From the human T2T-CHM13v2.0 reference genome, Homo sapiens: DNA of 64,000 bases. Of the stretch, positions 1-14,100 are shown one piece after another. The notes below the pieces were generated by a model that had not been told where the DNA came from, did not search any database, and saw only the letters and a program-made list of their open reading frames with translations. Location of the stretch: positions 2,720,001-2,784,000 of the forward strand of contig CP068257.2 in NCBI GenBank assembly GCA_009914755.4. Reading direction: 5' to 3'. The position numbers were made by a program, and so were the translations under genes. The number at the start of each line of letters is the position of its first letter. The stretch's first letter is position 1.

Positions 1-3000
1 AGAACCCAACAGGAGTGTTCTGGAATCCTATGTGATGGACATACATGTAGACGTCAGCAGCAGTGTTCTTGAATCATATGTGAAGACAAACATTCAGATC
101 TCAAAAGCAGTGTTCTGGAATCCTCTGTGAGGGTCAATCATTCAGACCCTTGTAGCAGTGTTCTGGAGATGTTTGTGAGGGAGGAAGCTTCAGACCCCCT
201 TAGCAGTGTTCTGGAGATGTTTGTGAGGGAGGAAGCTTCAGACCCCCATAGCAGCGTTCTGGAAGCCTATGTGAAGGACAAACATTCGGACTAGAGAAGG
301 ATTGTTCTGGAATCCAATGGGAGGAACAAATATCCGGACCCTCGTAGCATAGTTCTGGAATCCTATGTGACGGACCAACATTTAGAGCCCAGCAGCAGTG
401 CTCTGGAATCTCAAGTGAGGGACAAACATTCAGACACTCAGTGCAGTGTTCTAGAATCCTATATGAGGGACAAACATTGAAACAATCGTAGTAGTGTTCA
501 GGAACCTATGTGAAGGACAAACATACAGACCCCAGCAGCAGTGTTTTGGAATCCTATGTGGGGGACAAACATTCAAACAACAGCAAGAGTGTTCTGGAAT
601 CCTCTGTTACAGAGAAACATTCAGATCCTCGTCGCAGTGTTCTGGAATTCTAACTGAGGGAGAAACACTCTGAACCCAGCAGCAGTGTTCTGGAACCCTA
701 TGTGACAGACATACATGTAGACCCCAGCAGCAGTGTTCTGGAATCCTATGTGAGGGACAAATATTCAGACAGCAGCCGTAGTATTCTGGAATCCTATGTG
801 AAGGATAGTCATTCAGACCCTCATAGCAGTGTTCTGGAATTCTCTGTGTGGGACAAACATTCAGACCCTCATAGCAGTGTTCTGGAATCCCCGGTGAGGA
901 ACAAACATTCAGAGCCTCATATCAGTGTTCTGGAATCCTATGTGACGGACAAACATTAAGACCCCAGAAGCAGTTTTCTGGAATACTGTGTGAGGAACAA
1001 ACATTCAGACCCTGGTAGTAGTGTTCTGGAATCCTATGTGAGAGACAAACACTCAGAACCCAACAGCAGTGTTTTGGAACCCTATGTGAGGGTCAATCAT
1101 TCAGGCCACAGCAGGATTATGCTGGAGTCCTATGTGAGGGACAAACACTCAGAACATAGCAGAAGTGTTTTGGAATCCTATGTGAGGGAAAAACTTTCAG
1201 ACACTCGTAGCAGTGTTCTGGAATCCTATGTGGGAGACAAACATTCATACAATCTTAGCAGTGTATGGGAATTCTTTGCGAGGGACAAACATTCAGACCC
1301 CAGCAGCAGTGTTCCAGAATCCTATGTGAGCTATAAACATTGATACAACAGTGGGAGTGTTCTGGAATCCTATGTTACGGACAAACATTCAGACCCTCGT
1401 CACAGTGTTCTGGAATTCTATGTGAGGGAGAAACACTCAGAACCCAGCAACAGTGTACTGGAATCCTATGTGACGGACATACATGTAGACCCGAGCAGCA
1501 GTGTTCTGGAATACTATGTGAGGGACAAACATTCATAACACGGCAGGAGTGCCCTGGAATCCTATGTGAGGGAAAACATTCAGACAATCGTAGCAGTGTT
1601 TTGGAATCCTATGTGAGGGACTAACTTTCAGACCCCATCAGCAGTGTTCTGGAATCCTATATGAGGGACAAACATTCAAACTACAGAGGCTGTGTTCTGG
1701 AATCCTAAGTTATGGACAAAAATTCAGATCCTCTCCGCAGTGCTCTGGAATTCTATTTGAGGGAGAAACAATCAGAACCCAGCAGCAGTGTTCTCGAATC
1801 CTACATGAGGGACATACATTCAGACCACAGCAGCAGTGTTCTAGAACCCTATGTGAGGGACAAGCATTCAGACCGTCGCAGCAGTGTTCTCGAATTCTGT
1901 GTGAAGGACAAAGATTCAGACCATCAGAGCAGTGTTCTGGAATCCTTTGTGAGGGACAAACATTCAGACCACAGCAAGAGTCTTCTGGAATCCTCTGTGA
2001 GGAACAAACATTCAGAACCTCATAGCAGTGTTCTGGAATCCTATGTGATGGACAAACATTTAGACCTCAGAAGCAGTGTTCTGTAATCCTGTGAGAGACA
2101 AACATTCAGACACTCGTTGCAGTGTACAGGAATCCTGTGTGAGGGAAAAGAACTCAGAACCCAGCAACAGTGTCCTGGAACCCTATGTGAGGGACAAACA
2201 TTCAGGCCACAGCAGGATTGTTCTGGAATCCTACGTGAGGGACAAACACTCAGAACACAGCGGGAGTGTTTTGGAATCCAATATGAGGGAGAAATATTCA
2301 GACCCTCATAGCAGTGTTCTGGAATCCTAGGTGAGGGACAAACATTCAGAAAATCGTAGCCATGTTCTGGAATCTCAAGAAAGGGAAATAAATTCAGACC
2401 CCAGCAGCAGTGTTTTGTAATCCTATGTGAGGGAGAAACATTGAACCAAGATCAGGAGTGTTCTGCAATCCTTGGTTATGGACAAATATTCAGAACCTCG
2501 TCTCAGTGCTCTGGAATTCTATGTGAGGTAGAAACAGTGAGAACCCAGCAGCAGTATTCTGGAATCCTATGTGAGGGAAAATCATTCAGACCCCAGCAGG
2601 AGTGTTCTGGAATCCTATGTGAGGGAAAATCATTCAGACCCCAGCAGGAGTGTTCTGGAATCCTATGGGAGGGACAATCATTCAGACAATCGTAGCAGTG
2701 TTCTGGAATCCTATGTGAGGGGCAAACATACAGACACTTGTAGCAGTGTTCTGGAATCCTATGTAAGTGACAAATATTCAGACCCTTGTAGCATTGTTCT
2801 GGAATCCTATGTGAGGGACAAACATTGAGACAATCGTAGCTGTGTTCTCGAATCCTATGTGAGGGAGAAACATTCAGACTACAACAGCAGTGTTCTGGAA
2901 TCCTATGTGAGGGACAAACATTCCAACAACAGAGTGAGTGTTCTGGAATCCTAAATTACGGACATACATTCAGAAATTCGTCTCAGTGATCTGGAATTAT

Positions 3001-6000
3001 ATGTGAGGGTGAAACACTCAGAAACCGGCAGCAATGTTCTTAAATCCTATGTGACAGACATACATGTAGACGGTAACAGCAGTGTCCTGTAATTCTGTGT
3101 GATGGAAAAACATTCAGACACTCATAGCAGTGTTCTGGAATCCTATTTGAGGGACAAACATTCAGACCACAGCTGGAGTGTTCTGCAATCCCCTGTGAGT
3201 AACAAATACTCAGATCCTAGTAGCAGTGTTCTGGAATCCTATATGAGGGACAAACATTCGGATCCTCTTAGCAGTGATCTGGAATCCTATGTGAGGGTAA
3301 ATCATTCAGAACCTAGTTGCAGTGTTCTGGAATCCTATATGAGGGACAAACATTCGGATTCTCTTAGCAGTGTTCTGGAATCCTATGTAACGGACAAACA
3401 TTAAGACCCCAACTGCAACTGCAGTGTTCTGGAATCCCATGTGAGGGACAAGCATTCAGACCCTTGTAGCAGTGTTCTGGATTCCTATGTGAGGGAGAAA
3501 CACTCAAAACCCAGCAACAGTGTTCTGGAACCCTATGTGAGGGACAAACATTCACACCACAGCAGGATTGTTCTGGAATACTATGTGAGGGACAAACAAT
3601 CAGAAAATAGCAGGAGTGTTTTGGAATCGTGTGTGAGGGACAAACATTCGGATCCTCTTAGCAGTGTTCTGGAATCCTATGTGACGGACATACATGTAGA
3701 ACCCAGCAGCAGTGTTCTGAAGGCCTATGTGAGGGACAAACATTCAGACCCCAGGAACAGTCTTCGGGAATCGTATGTGAGGGTAAATCATTCAGAACCT
3801 CGTAGCAGTGTTCTGGAATTCTGTGTGAGGGACAAACATTCAGACCACAGCAGCAGTATTCTGGAATCCTATGTGAGGGAAAAACATTCAAACAACTGCA
3901 GGTGTGTTCTGGAATCCTATGACAAGGAAAAACATTCAGACCCTCCTCTCAGTGTTCTTGAATTCTATGTGAGGGAGAAACACTCCGATTCCTGTAGCAG
4001 TGTTCTGGAACCCTATGTGACAGACCTACATGTAGACTCCAGCAGCAGTGTTCTGGAACCCTATGTGAGGGACAATCATTCCGACCCTCGTGGCAGTGTT
4101 CTGGAATTTTGTGTGAGGGATAAACATTCAGACCCCAGCGCGAGTGTTCTGGAATCCCATGTGAGTGACAAGCATTCAAACAATCTTAGCAGTGTTCTGG
4201 AATCCTATATGAGAGACAAACTTTCAGACCCTCGTAGCAGTATTCTGGAATCCTATGTGGGGGCAAACATTCAATCATAGCAGTGTTCAGGAATCCTATG
4301 TGAGGGACAAACATTTAGACTGTCGTAGCAGTGTTCTGGAATCCTATGTGAGGGACAAGCATTCAGACAATCGTAGCAGGGTTCTGGAATCCTATGTGAG
4401 GGACAAACATTCAAAAAACAGAGAGATTGTTCTGGAACCCTATGTTACGGACAAACATTGAGACCGTCGTTGCAGTGTTCTGGAATTCCCTGTGAGGGAC
4501 AAAAACTCGGAACCCAGCGGCAGTGTTCTGGAATCCTATGTGAGGGACAAACATTCAGACTCCAGCAGCAGTGTTCTGGAATCCCATGTGAGGGACAATC
4601 ATTCAGACCATCATAGCCGTGTTTTGGAATTCTGTGTGAGGGACAAACATTCAGACCGTCGTAACAGTTTTCTGCAATCCTGTGTGAGGGGAAAACATTC
4701 CGACCACAGCAAGAGTGTTCTGGAATCCCCTGTGAGGAACAAACATTCCGACCCTCATAGCAGTGTACTGGAATCTTATCTGATGGACAAATATTTAGAA
4801 CCCAGCAGCAGTGTTCTGGAATCCTATGTGAGTGACAAACACTCAAAACATAGCAGGAGTGTTTTAGAATACTATCTGAGGGATAAACAATCTGACCTTC
4901 ACAACAGTGTTCTGGAATCCTGTGTGAGGGATAAACATTCAGACCCTGATAGCAGTGTTCTGGAATCCTATGTGAGGGACAAACATTCAGACCACAGCAG
5001 GACTGTTTTGGAATTCCCTTTGAGAAACAAACTTTTAGACCCTCATAGCTGTGTTCTGCAATCCTGTGTGTGGGACAAAATTTCAAAACCTCGTAGCAGT
5101 GTTCTGGAATCCTATGTGAGGTACAAACATTCAGACAATCGTAGCAGTGTTCTGGAATCCCATGTGAGGGACAAACATGCAGACCCTCGTAAGAGTGTTC
5201 TGGAATCCTATGTGAGGGACAAACTTTCAGACAGTCGTAGCAGTGTTCTGGAATCCAATGTTAGTGACAAACTTTCAGACCCCAGCAGCAGTGTTCTGGA
5301 ATCCTATTTGAGGGACAACCATTCAGACACTTTCAGCAGTGTTCCAGAATCCTGTGTCAGGGACAAACATTTTGACCACTGCAGGACTCTTCTGGAATCC
5401 CTTGTGGGGAACAAACATTCAGACCCTCGTAGGTGTGTTCTGTAATCCTATGTGACTGACACACATTTAGACCACAGCAGCAGTGTTCTGGAATCCCATG
5501 TGAGGGACAAACATTCAGACACTCGTAGCAGTGTTCTGGAGTCCTGTGTGAGGGACAAAAATTCAGGCCACACCAAGAGTGTATTGGAATCCCCTGTGAG
5601 GAACAAACATTTTGAACCTCCTAGCAGTGTCTGGAATATTATCTGACGGAAAAACATTTAGACCCCAGCAGCAGTATTATAGAATCTCATGTGAGGGACA
5701 ATATTTCAGAACGTCATAGCAGTGTTCTGGAATATTATATGAGTGAAAAATATTCAAACATCCTCGGGAGTGTTCTGGAATCCTATGTCACGGACAAGCA
5801 TTCAGAGCCTCGTCGCAGTGTTCTGGAATTCTATGTGAGGGAGAAACACTCAGAACCCAGAAGCAGTGTTCTAGAATCCTATGTGAAGGACATACATGTA
5901 GACCATAGCAGCAGTGCTCTGGAATCCTTTGTGACAGACAAACATTCAGACCCCAGCAGCAGTGTTCTGGAATCCTGTGTGAGGGACAGACATTCAGACC

Positions 6001-6759
6001 CCAGCCGCAGTGTTCTGGTATCCTATGTGATGGACAGTCATAAAGAACCTCGTAGCAGTGTTCTGGAATTCTTTGTGAGGGACAAACATTCAGACACTCA
6101 TAGCAGTGATGTGGAATCCCATGTGAGTGACAAACATTCAGACCACAGCAGAAGTGTTCTGGAATCCCCTGTGAGGAACAAACATTCAGACTCTCGTAGT
6201 AGTGTTCTGGAATCCTATTTGAAGGACAAACATTTAGGCCCAAGCAGCAGGGTTCTTGAATCCTATGTGAGGGACAAATATTCAGACCCTGGTAGCACTG
6301 TTCTGGCTTCCTTTCTGAAGGACAAACATTCAGTCCACAGCAGGAGTGTTCTGGAATCCTAAGTGAGGGACAAACATTCACACCCTCGTAGCAGTGTTCT
6401 GGAATCCTATGTGAGGGACAAACATTCAAATAAATACTTGAGTGTTTTTGAATCCTATGTTACGGACAAACATTCAAACCCTCGTCGCAGTGTTCTGGAA
6501 TTGTTTGTGAGTGAGAAACACTCAGAAACCAGCAGCAGTGTTCTGGAATCCTATGTTTCGGACATAAATGTAGACCCCAGCAGCAGTGTTCTGGAATCCT
6601 AAGTGAGGGACAAACATTCAGACCCTAGCAGCAGCATTCTGGAATCCTATTGAGGGACAAAAATTCTGACCCTCATCTCAGTGGTCTGGAATTCTAGGTG
6701 AGGAAGAAACTCAGACAATCGTAGCAGTGTTCTGGAATCCTATGTGAGGGACAAACATT

Positions 6760-8130
6760 CAAACAACAGCGGGAGTGCTCTTGAATCATATGTTATGGAC
6801 AAACACTCAGACCCTCGTAGCAGTGTTCTGGAATCCTATGAGAGGGACAAACATTCAGACCCTCCAGGTTTGTTCTGGAATCCTATTGAGGGACAAATAT
6901 TAAGACAATCATAACATTGTACTGGAATCCTGTGTGAGGGACAAACATTCAGTCCCCATTAGCAGTGTTCTGGATTCCTATGTGAGGGACAAACATTCCC
7001 ACAACAGCGGGAGTGTTCTGTAATCCTATGTTACGGACAAACATTCAGACCCTCATCGCAGTGTTCTGGAATCCTATGTGAGGGAGAAACACTTATAAAC
7101 CAGCTGCAGTGTTCTGGAATCTTATGGGATGGACACACATGTAGACCCCAGCAGCATTGTTCTGGAATCCTGTGAGACGGACAAACATTCAGACCCCAGC
7201 AGCAGTGTTCTGGAATCCTAGAGTAGGGATAATCATTAAGATCCTGGCTGCAGTGTTCTGCAATTCTGTGTGAGGGACAAACATTCAGAGCCTCATAGGA
7301 GTGTTCTGGAATCCTATGTGATTGACAAACATTCAGACCACAGCAGGAGTGTTCTGGAATCCCCTGTGAGGAACAAATATTCAGACCCTCGTGGCAGTGT
7401 TCTGTAATCCTATGTGAGGGACCAACATTTAGACCACAGCAGCAGTGTTCTGGAATCCTATGTGAGGGACAAACATTCAAACAACAGCGGGAGTGTCCTT
7501 GAATCATATGTTACGGACAAACATTCAGACCCGCGTAGCAGTGTTCTGGAATCCTTTGAGAGGGACAAACATTCAAACAACTGCGGGAGTGTTCTGTAAT
7601 CCTATGTTATGGACAAATATTAATATAATCGTAACATTGTTCTGGAATCCTGCGTGAGGGACAAACATTCAGTCCCCATTAGCAGTGTTCTGGATTCCTA
7701 TGTGAGGGACAAACATTCAAACAACTGTGGGAGTGTTCTGTAATCCTATGTTATGGACAAATATCAGACCCTTGTCGCAGTGTTCTGGAATTCTATGTGA
7801 GGGAGAAACACTTAGAAACCAGCAGCACTGTTCTGGAATCCTATGGGATGGACACACATGTAGACCCCAGCAGCATTATTCTGGAATCCTATGAGACAGA
7901 CAAACATTCAGACCCTAGCAACAGTGTTCTGGAATCCTAGAATAGGGATAATCATTCAGACCCTGGTAGCAGTATTCTGGAATTCTGTGTGAGGAACAAA
8001 CATTCAGAGCCTCATAGCAGTGTTCTGGAATCCTATGTGATTGACAAACATTCAGACAACAGCAGGAGTGTTCTGGAATCCTCTGTGAGGAACAAACTTT
8101 CAGACCCTCTTAGCAGTGTTCTGTAATCCT
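6760..8130. repeat. Two adjacent, near-identical copies of a 15-monomer (about 715-720 bp) higher-order repeat unit within the satellite
   Basis: The block starting AAACATTCAAACAACAGCGGGAGTG..TTGAATCATATGTTA(T/C)GGACAAACA at about 6760 reappears at about 7475. The whole intervening ~715 bp is colinear at roughly 90-95% identity, including the idiosyncratic monomers AATATTAAGACAATCATAACATTGTACTGG, CAGTCCCCATTAGCAGTG and TAGAGTAGGGATAATCATTAAGATCC. Confidence 0.75.
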
Positions 8131-11100
8131 ATGTGAAATCATCCTATGTGACAGACAAACATTTAGACCCCAGCAGCAGTGTTCTGGAATCCTATGTGAG
8201 GGAGAAACATTCAGACCCTCATAGCAGTGTTCTGGAATCCTACATGAGCGACAAACACACTGAAACCAGCAGCAGTGTTCTGGAACCCTATGTGAGGGAT
8301 AAACATTCAGACCATGCCAGGATTGTTCTGGAAACCTATGTGAAGGACCAACACTCCGAACCCAGCAGAAAGGTTTTGAAATCCTGTGTGAGGGACAAAC
8401 GTTTAGACCCTCGTAGCAGTGTTCTGGAATCATATGTGAGGGACAAACATTCAGACCCTCGTAGCAGTGATCTGGAATTCTATGTGAGGGACAAACATTC
8501 AGACATTGGTAGCATTGTTCTGGAATCCAATGTGAGGGACAAACATTCTGACCCTCATAACAGTGTACCAGAATCCTGTGTTAGGAACGAACATTCAGAC
8601 CACAGCATTAGTGTTCCGGAATCCCCTGTGAGGAACAAACATACAGACCCTCGTAGTAGTGTTCTGGAATCCTATGTGACGGCCAAATATTTATACCCCA
8701 GCAGCAGTGTTCTGGAATCCTCAGTGAGGAAAACCATTCAGAATCTTGTAGCAGTTTTCTGGAATCCTATGTGAGGGACAAACATTTAGACCACAGCGGG
8801 ATTGTTCTGGAATGATATGTGAGGGACAAACACTAAGAAAATAACAGGAATGTTTTGGAATCCTATGTGAGTGACAAAAATTCAGACCCTCGTAGTAGTG
8901 TTCTGGAATCGTATGTGAGGGACAAGCATTCAGACCACAGCAGGAGTGTTCTGGAATCCTATGGGAGGGACATACATTCAAACCCTAGTTAGCAGTGTTC
9001 TGGAATCCTATGTGAGGGAAAAGCATTCAGAGTTTTGTAGCAGTGTTCTGGAATCCTATGTGAGGGACAAACATTCAGACCCTCAAAGGAGTATTCTGGA
9101 ATCCTATGTGAGGGACAAACATTGAGATAATCATAGCAGTGTGATGGAATCCTATGTGAGGGACAAACATTCAGACCCCAGCAGCAGTGTTCTGGAATCC
9201 TATGTGAGTGATAAACATTCAAACAACAGCGGGAGTGTTCCATAATCCTATGTTACAGACAAATATTCACACCGTCTTCACAGTGTTCTTGAATTCTATG
9301 TGAGGGACAAACCCTCAGAAATGAGCAGCAGTGTTCTGGAACCCTGTGTGAGGGTCAAAATTTCAGACCACAGCAGGATTGTTCTGTAATCCTATGTTAC
9401 GGACAAACATTTAGACCTCAGCAGGAGTGTTCTGGAATTCTATGCGAGGCACAGTCATTCGTACCCTCGTAGCAGTGTTCTGGAATTCTGTGTGAGGGAC
9501 AAGCATTCAGAACGTCGTAGCAGTGTTCTGGAATCCTATGTGAAGGACAACCATTCAGACCACAGGAAGAGTGCTCTGGAATCCCCAGTGAGGAACAAAC
9601 ATTCAGACACTAGTAAAAGTGTTCTGGAATCCTATGTGACAGACAAACATTCAGACCCCAGCAGCAGTGTTCTGGAGTTTTATGTAAGGGAAAAACGTTC
9701 AGACAATCATAGCAGAATTCTGGAATCCTATGTGAGGGACAAACATTCAGACCTCAGCTGCTGCGTTCTGGAATCCTATGTGAGGGACAAACATTCATAC
9801 AACAGTGGGAGTGTTCTGGAATCCTATGTTACAGGCAAATATTCAGACCCTCGTCCGAGTGTTCTGGAATTCTATGTGAGGGAGAAACATTCAGAACCCA
9901 CCAGCATTGTTCTGGAATCCTATGTGACGGACAGACATGCAGACCCCAGCAGCATTGTTCTGGAATCTTATGTGACGGTCAGACATGTAGACCCCAGCAG
10001 CATTGTTCTGGACTCCTATGTGAGGGATGATCATTCAGACCCTCGTTGCAGTGTTTCGGAATTCTGTGTGAGTGAGAAACATTCAGACCCTTGTAAAAGT
10101 GTTCTGGAGCCCTGTGTGAGGGACAAACATTCAGACCACAGCAGGAGTGTTCTGGAATCCACTGTGAGGAACAAACATTCCAACCCTCGTAGCAGTGTTC
10201 TGGAATCCTAAGTGATGGATAAACATTTAGACCCAGTAGCAGTGTTCTGGAATCCCCAGTGAGGAACAAACATTGAGACAATCGTAGCAGTTTTCTGGTA
10301 TTCTATGTGAGGGACAAACATTCAGACCCCAGCAGCAGTGTTCCGGAATCCTATGTGTGGGACATACATTCAGACGCCAGAAGCAGTGTTCTGGAATCCT
10401 ATGTGAGGGAGAAACATTCAACCAACAGCGGGAGTGTTCTGAAATCCTATGTTAAGGACAAACATTCAGACCCTAGTTGCAGTGTTCTAGAATTCTATGT
10501 GAGGGAGAAACACTCAGAAACCTGCAGCAGTGTTCTGGAATCTAGGTGACGCCCATAAATCTACACCCCAGCAGCAGTGTGGTGGAATCCTATATGATGG
10601 ACAAACATCCAGAACCCAGCAGCAGTGTTCTGGAATCCTATGTGAGGTAAAAACATTCAGACCCCAGCAGCAGTGTTCTGGAATCCTATGAGAGGGACAA
10701 TCATTCAGACCCTTGTAGCAGTATTGTGGAATTCTGTGTGAGGGATAAACATCCAGAAACTCACAGCAGTGTTCTGGAATGCTCTGTGAGGTACAAACAT
10801 TCAGACCCTCGTAGCAGTGTTCTGGAATACTACGTGAGGGACAAACATTGAGACCTCATAGCAGTGTTCTGGAATCCTATGTGACAGACAAACATTTAGA
10901 TGGCAGCAGCAGTGTTCTGGAATCCTATGTGAGGTACAAACATTCAGAACACTGCAGAAGTGTTCTGGAATCTCCTGTGAGGAAGAAACTTTTAGACCCT
11001 CATAGAAGTGGTCTGGATTCCGATGTGATGGACAAACATTTAGACCCCAGCAGCAGTGTTCTGGAATCCTATGTGAGAGACAAACATTCAGAACCTCGTA

Positions 11101-14100
11101 GCAGCGTTCTGGAATCCTATGTGAGGGACAAACCCTCAGAACCCAGCAACTGTATTCTGGAATCCTATGGAGGGACAAACATTGAGGCCACAGCAAGATT
11201 GTTCTGGAATCCTATGTGGGGGACAAACACTTCGAACACTGCAGAAGTGTTTTGGAATCCTATGTGAGGGACAAACATTCAGAGCCTCGTAGCAGTGTTC
11301 TGGAATCCTATGTGAGGGAAAAACTATCAGACCACAGGAAGAGTGTTCAGGAATCCTATGTGAGGGACTAACATTTAGATAATCAAAGCCGTGTTCTGGA
11401 ATCCTATGTGAGAGGCAAACATTCATACAATCATAGCAGTGTTCTGCAATCCTATGTGAGGGACAAAAATGCAGACAATCGTAGCAGTGTTCTGTAATCC
11501 TATGGGAGGGACAAAAATTCAGAGCCTCCCAGCAGTGTTCTGGAATCCTATGTGAGAGTCAGACATTCAGACAATCGTAGAGTGTTCTGGAATCCTATGG
11601 GAGGGATAAATATTCAAAAAACAGCGAGAGCGTCTGACATCCTACGTTTCGGACAAACATGCATACCCTCGTCGCAGTGTTCTGGAATTTATGTGAGGGA
11701 GAGACACACAGAACCCAGCAGCAGTGTTCTGGATTCCTATGTGACGGACATACATGTAGACCCCAGCAGCAGCGTTCTGGAATCCTATGTGAGGGAAAAA
11801 CATTCAGGCACCAGCAGCAGAGTTCTGGAATCCTATATGAAGGACAATCATTCAGAACCTCGTAACAGTGTTCTGGAATTCTGTGTGAGGGACAAACATT
11901 CAGACCACAGCAGGACTATTCTGGAATCCCCAGTGAGGAAGAAACATTCAGACCCTCGTAGCACTGTTCTTGAATCCTGTGTGATGGACAAACATTTAGA
12001 CCCCAGCAGCGGTGTTCTGGAATCCTATGTGTGGGACCGTCATTCAGAACCTCGTAGCGTGTTCTGGAATCCGGTGTGATGCAGAAACATTCAGATCACA
12101 ACAGTAGTGTTCTGGATCTGATGTTTCTACAAACACTCAGAACACAGCAGGAGTGTTTTGGAATCCTATATGAGGGAAAAACATTCAGACCCTCGTAGCA
12201 GTGTTCTGGAATCCTATCTAAGGGACAAACATTCAGACAATCGTAGGAGTGTTCTGGAATCCGATGTCAGGGACAAACATTCAGACTCTTGTATCAGTGT
12301 TCTGGAATCCTACGTGAAAGACAAACATTCAAACAATCGCAGCAGTGTTCTGGAATCCTATGTGAGGGACAAATATTCAGGCCCTCGTAGCAGTGTACTG
12401 GAATCCTATGTGAGGGACAAACTTTCAGACCAGAGCAGCAGTGTCCTTGAATCCTGTGTGAGAGACAAATATTGAGATCCCAGCAGGAGTGTTCTGGAAT
12501 CTTTTGTTAATGAGAAATATTCAGACTACAGCAGGAGTGTTCTGGAATCCTATGGGAGCAACAAACATTCAGACCCCAGCACCAGTGTTCTTTTGTCCTA
12601 TGTGAGAAACAAAAATTCAGATGCTCGCAGCAGTGTTCTGAAATCCTATGTGAGGGAAAAACATTCAGAACCTCGTAGCAGTGTTTTGGAATCCTATGGG
12701 AGGACAAAAAATCAGACACTCCTACTAGTGCTCTGGAATCCTATGGGAGGACAAAAAATCAGACACTCCTACTAGTGCTCTGGAAACCTATGTGAGGGAC
12801 AAACATTCAGACCACAGCAGGAGTGTTCTGGAATCGCCTGTGAGGGAGAAACATTCAGACCCTCATAGCTGTGTTCTGGAATCCAATGTGACGGACAAAG
12901 ATTTAGACCCCAGCAGCAGTGTTCTGGAATCCTATGTGATGGACAGACATTCAGACAATCGTAGCAGTGTTCTGGAATCCTATGTGAGGGACAAACATTC
13001 AGAACCCAGCAGCAGTGTTCTGGAATCCTATGTGAGGAACAAACATTCAAACAAACAACAGCGGGAGTGTTCGGGAATCTTATGTTATGGACAAACATTC
13101 AGACCATCATCGCAGTTTTCCGGAATTCTATGTGACGGAGAAAGACTCAGAACTCCGCAGCAGTGTTCTGGTATTCTATGCGATGGACATACATGCAGAC
13201 CTCAGCAGCAGTGTTCTGGACTCGTATGTGAGGGACAAACATTCAGACCCCAGCAGCAGTCTTCTGAAATCCTACATGAGAGACAATCATTCAGCCCCTC
13301 GTTGCATTGTTCTGGAATTCTGTGTGAGGGGAAAACTTTCAGACAATCATGGCAGTGTTCCAGAATCCTACGTGAGGGTCAAACTTTCAGAACACAGAAG
13401 GAGTGATCTGGAATCCCCTGTGAGGAATAAACATTCAGAACCCTGTAGCAGTAACCTGGAATCCGATGTGATGGACAAACCTTTAGACCCCAGCAGCATT
13501 GATCTGGAATCCTATTTGAGGGACAATCATTCAGACCCTCTCAGCAGTATTCTGTCATCCTATGTGCGGGAGAAACATTCAGACCACAGCAGGGGTGTTC
13601 TGTAATAATATGTGACAAACATTTCGATCCTCACAGAAGTGTTCTGGAATATTATATGAGGGACAAAGGTTCAGACAATTGTAGCAGTGTTCTGGAATCC
13701 TATGTGAGGGACAAACATTCAGAACCTAGAAGCAGTGTTCTAGAATCCTATACGAGGGACAAACGTTCAAACAACAGCAGGAGTGTTCTGGAGTCCTATG
13801 TTATGGACAAACATTCAGACCCTAGCAGAAGTGTTCTGGAATCCCATGTGACAGACAAACACTCAAACAAGAGCGGGAGTGGTCTGGAATCCTATGTTAG
13901 GATCATACATTCAGACCCCTGTTGCAGTGTTCTGGAATTCTATGTGTGGGAGAAACACTCAGAACCAGCAGCAGTGTTCTGGCATCCAATGTGAGGGACA
14001 CACGAGTAGACTGCAGCAGCAGTGTTCTGGAATCCTATGTGAGGGACAAACATTCAGACCCCAGCAGCAGTGTTCTGGAATACTATATGAGGCACATTCA

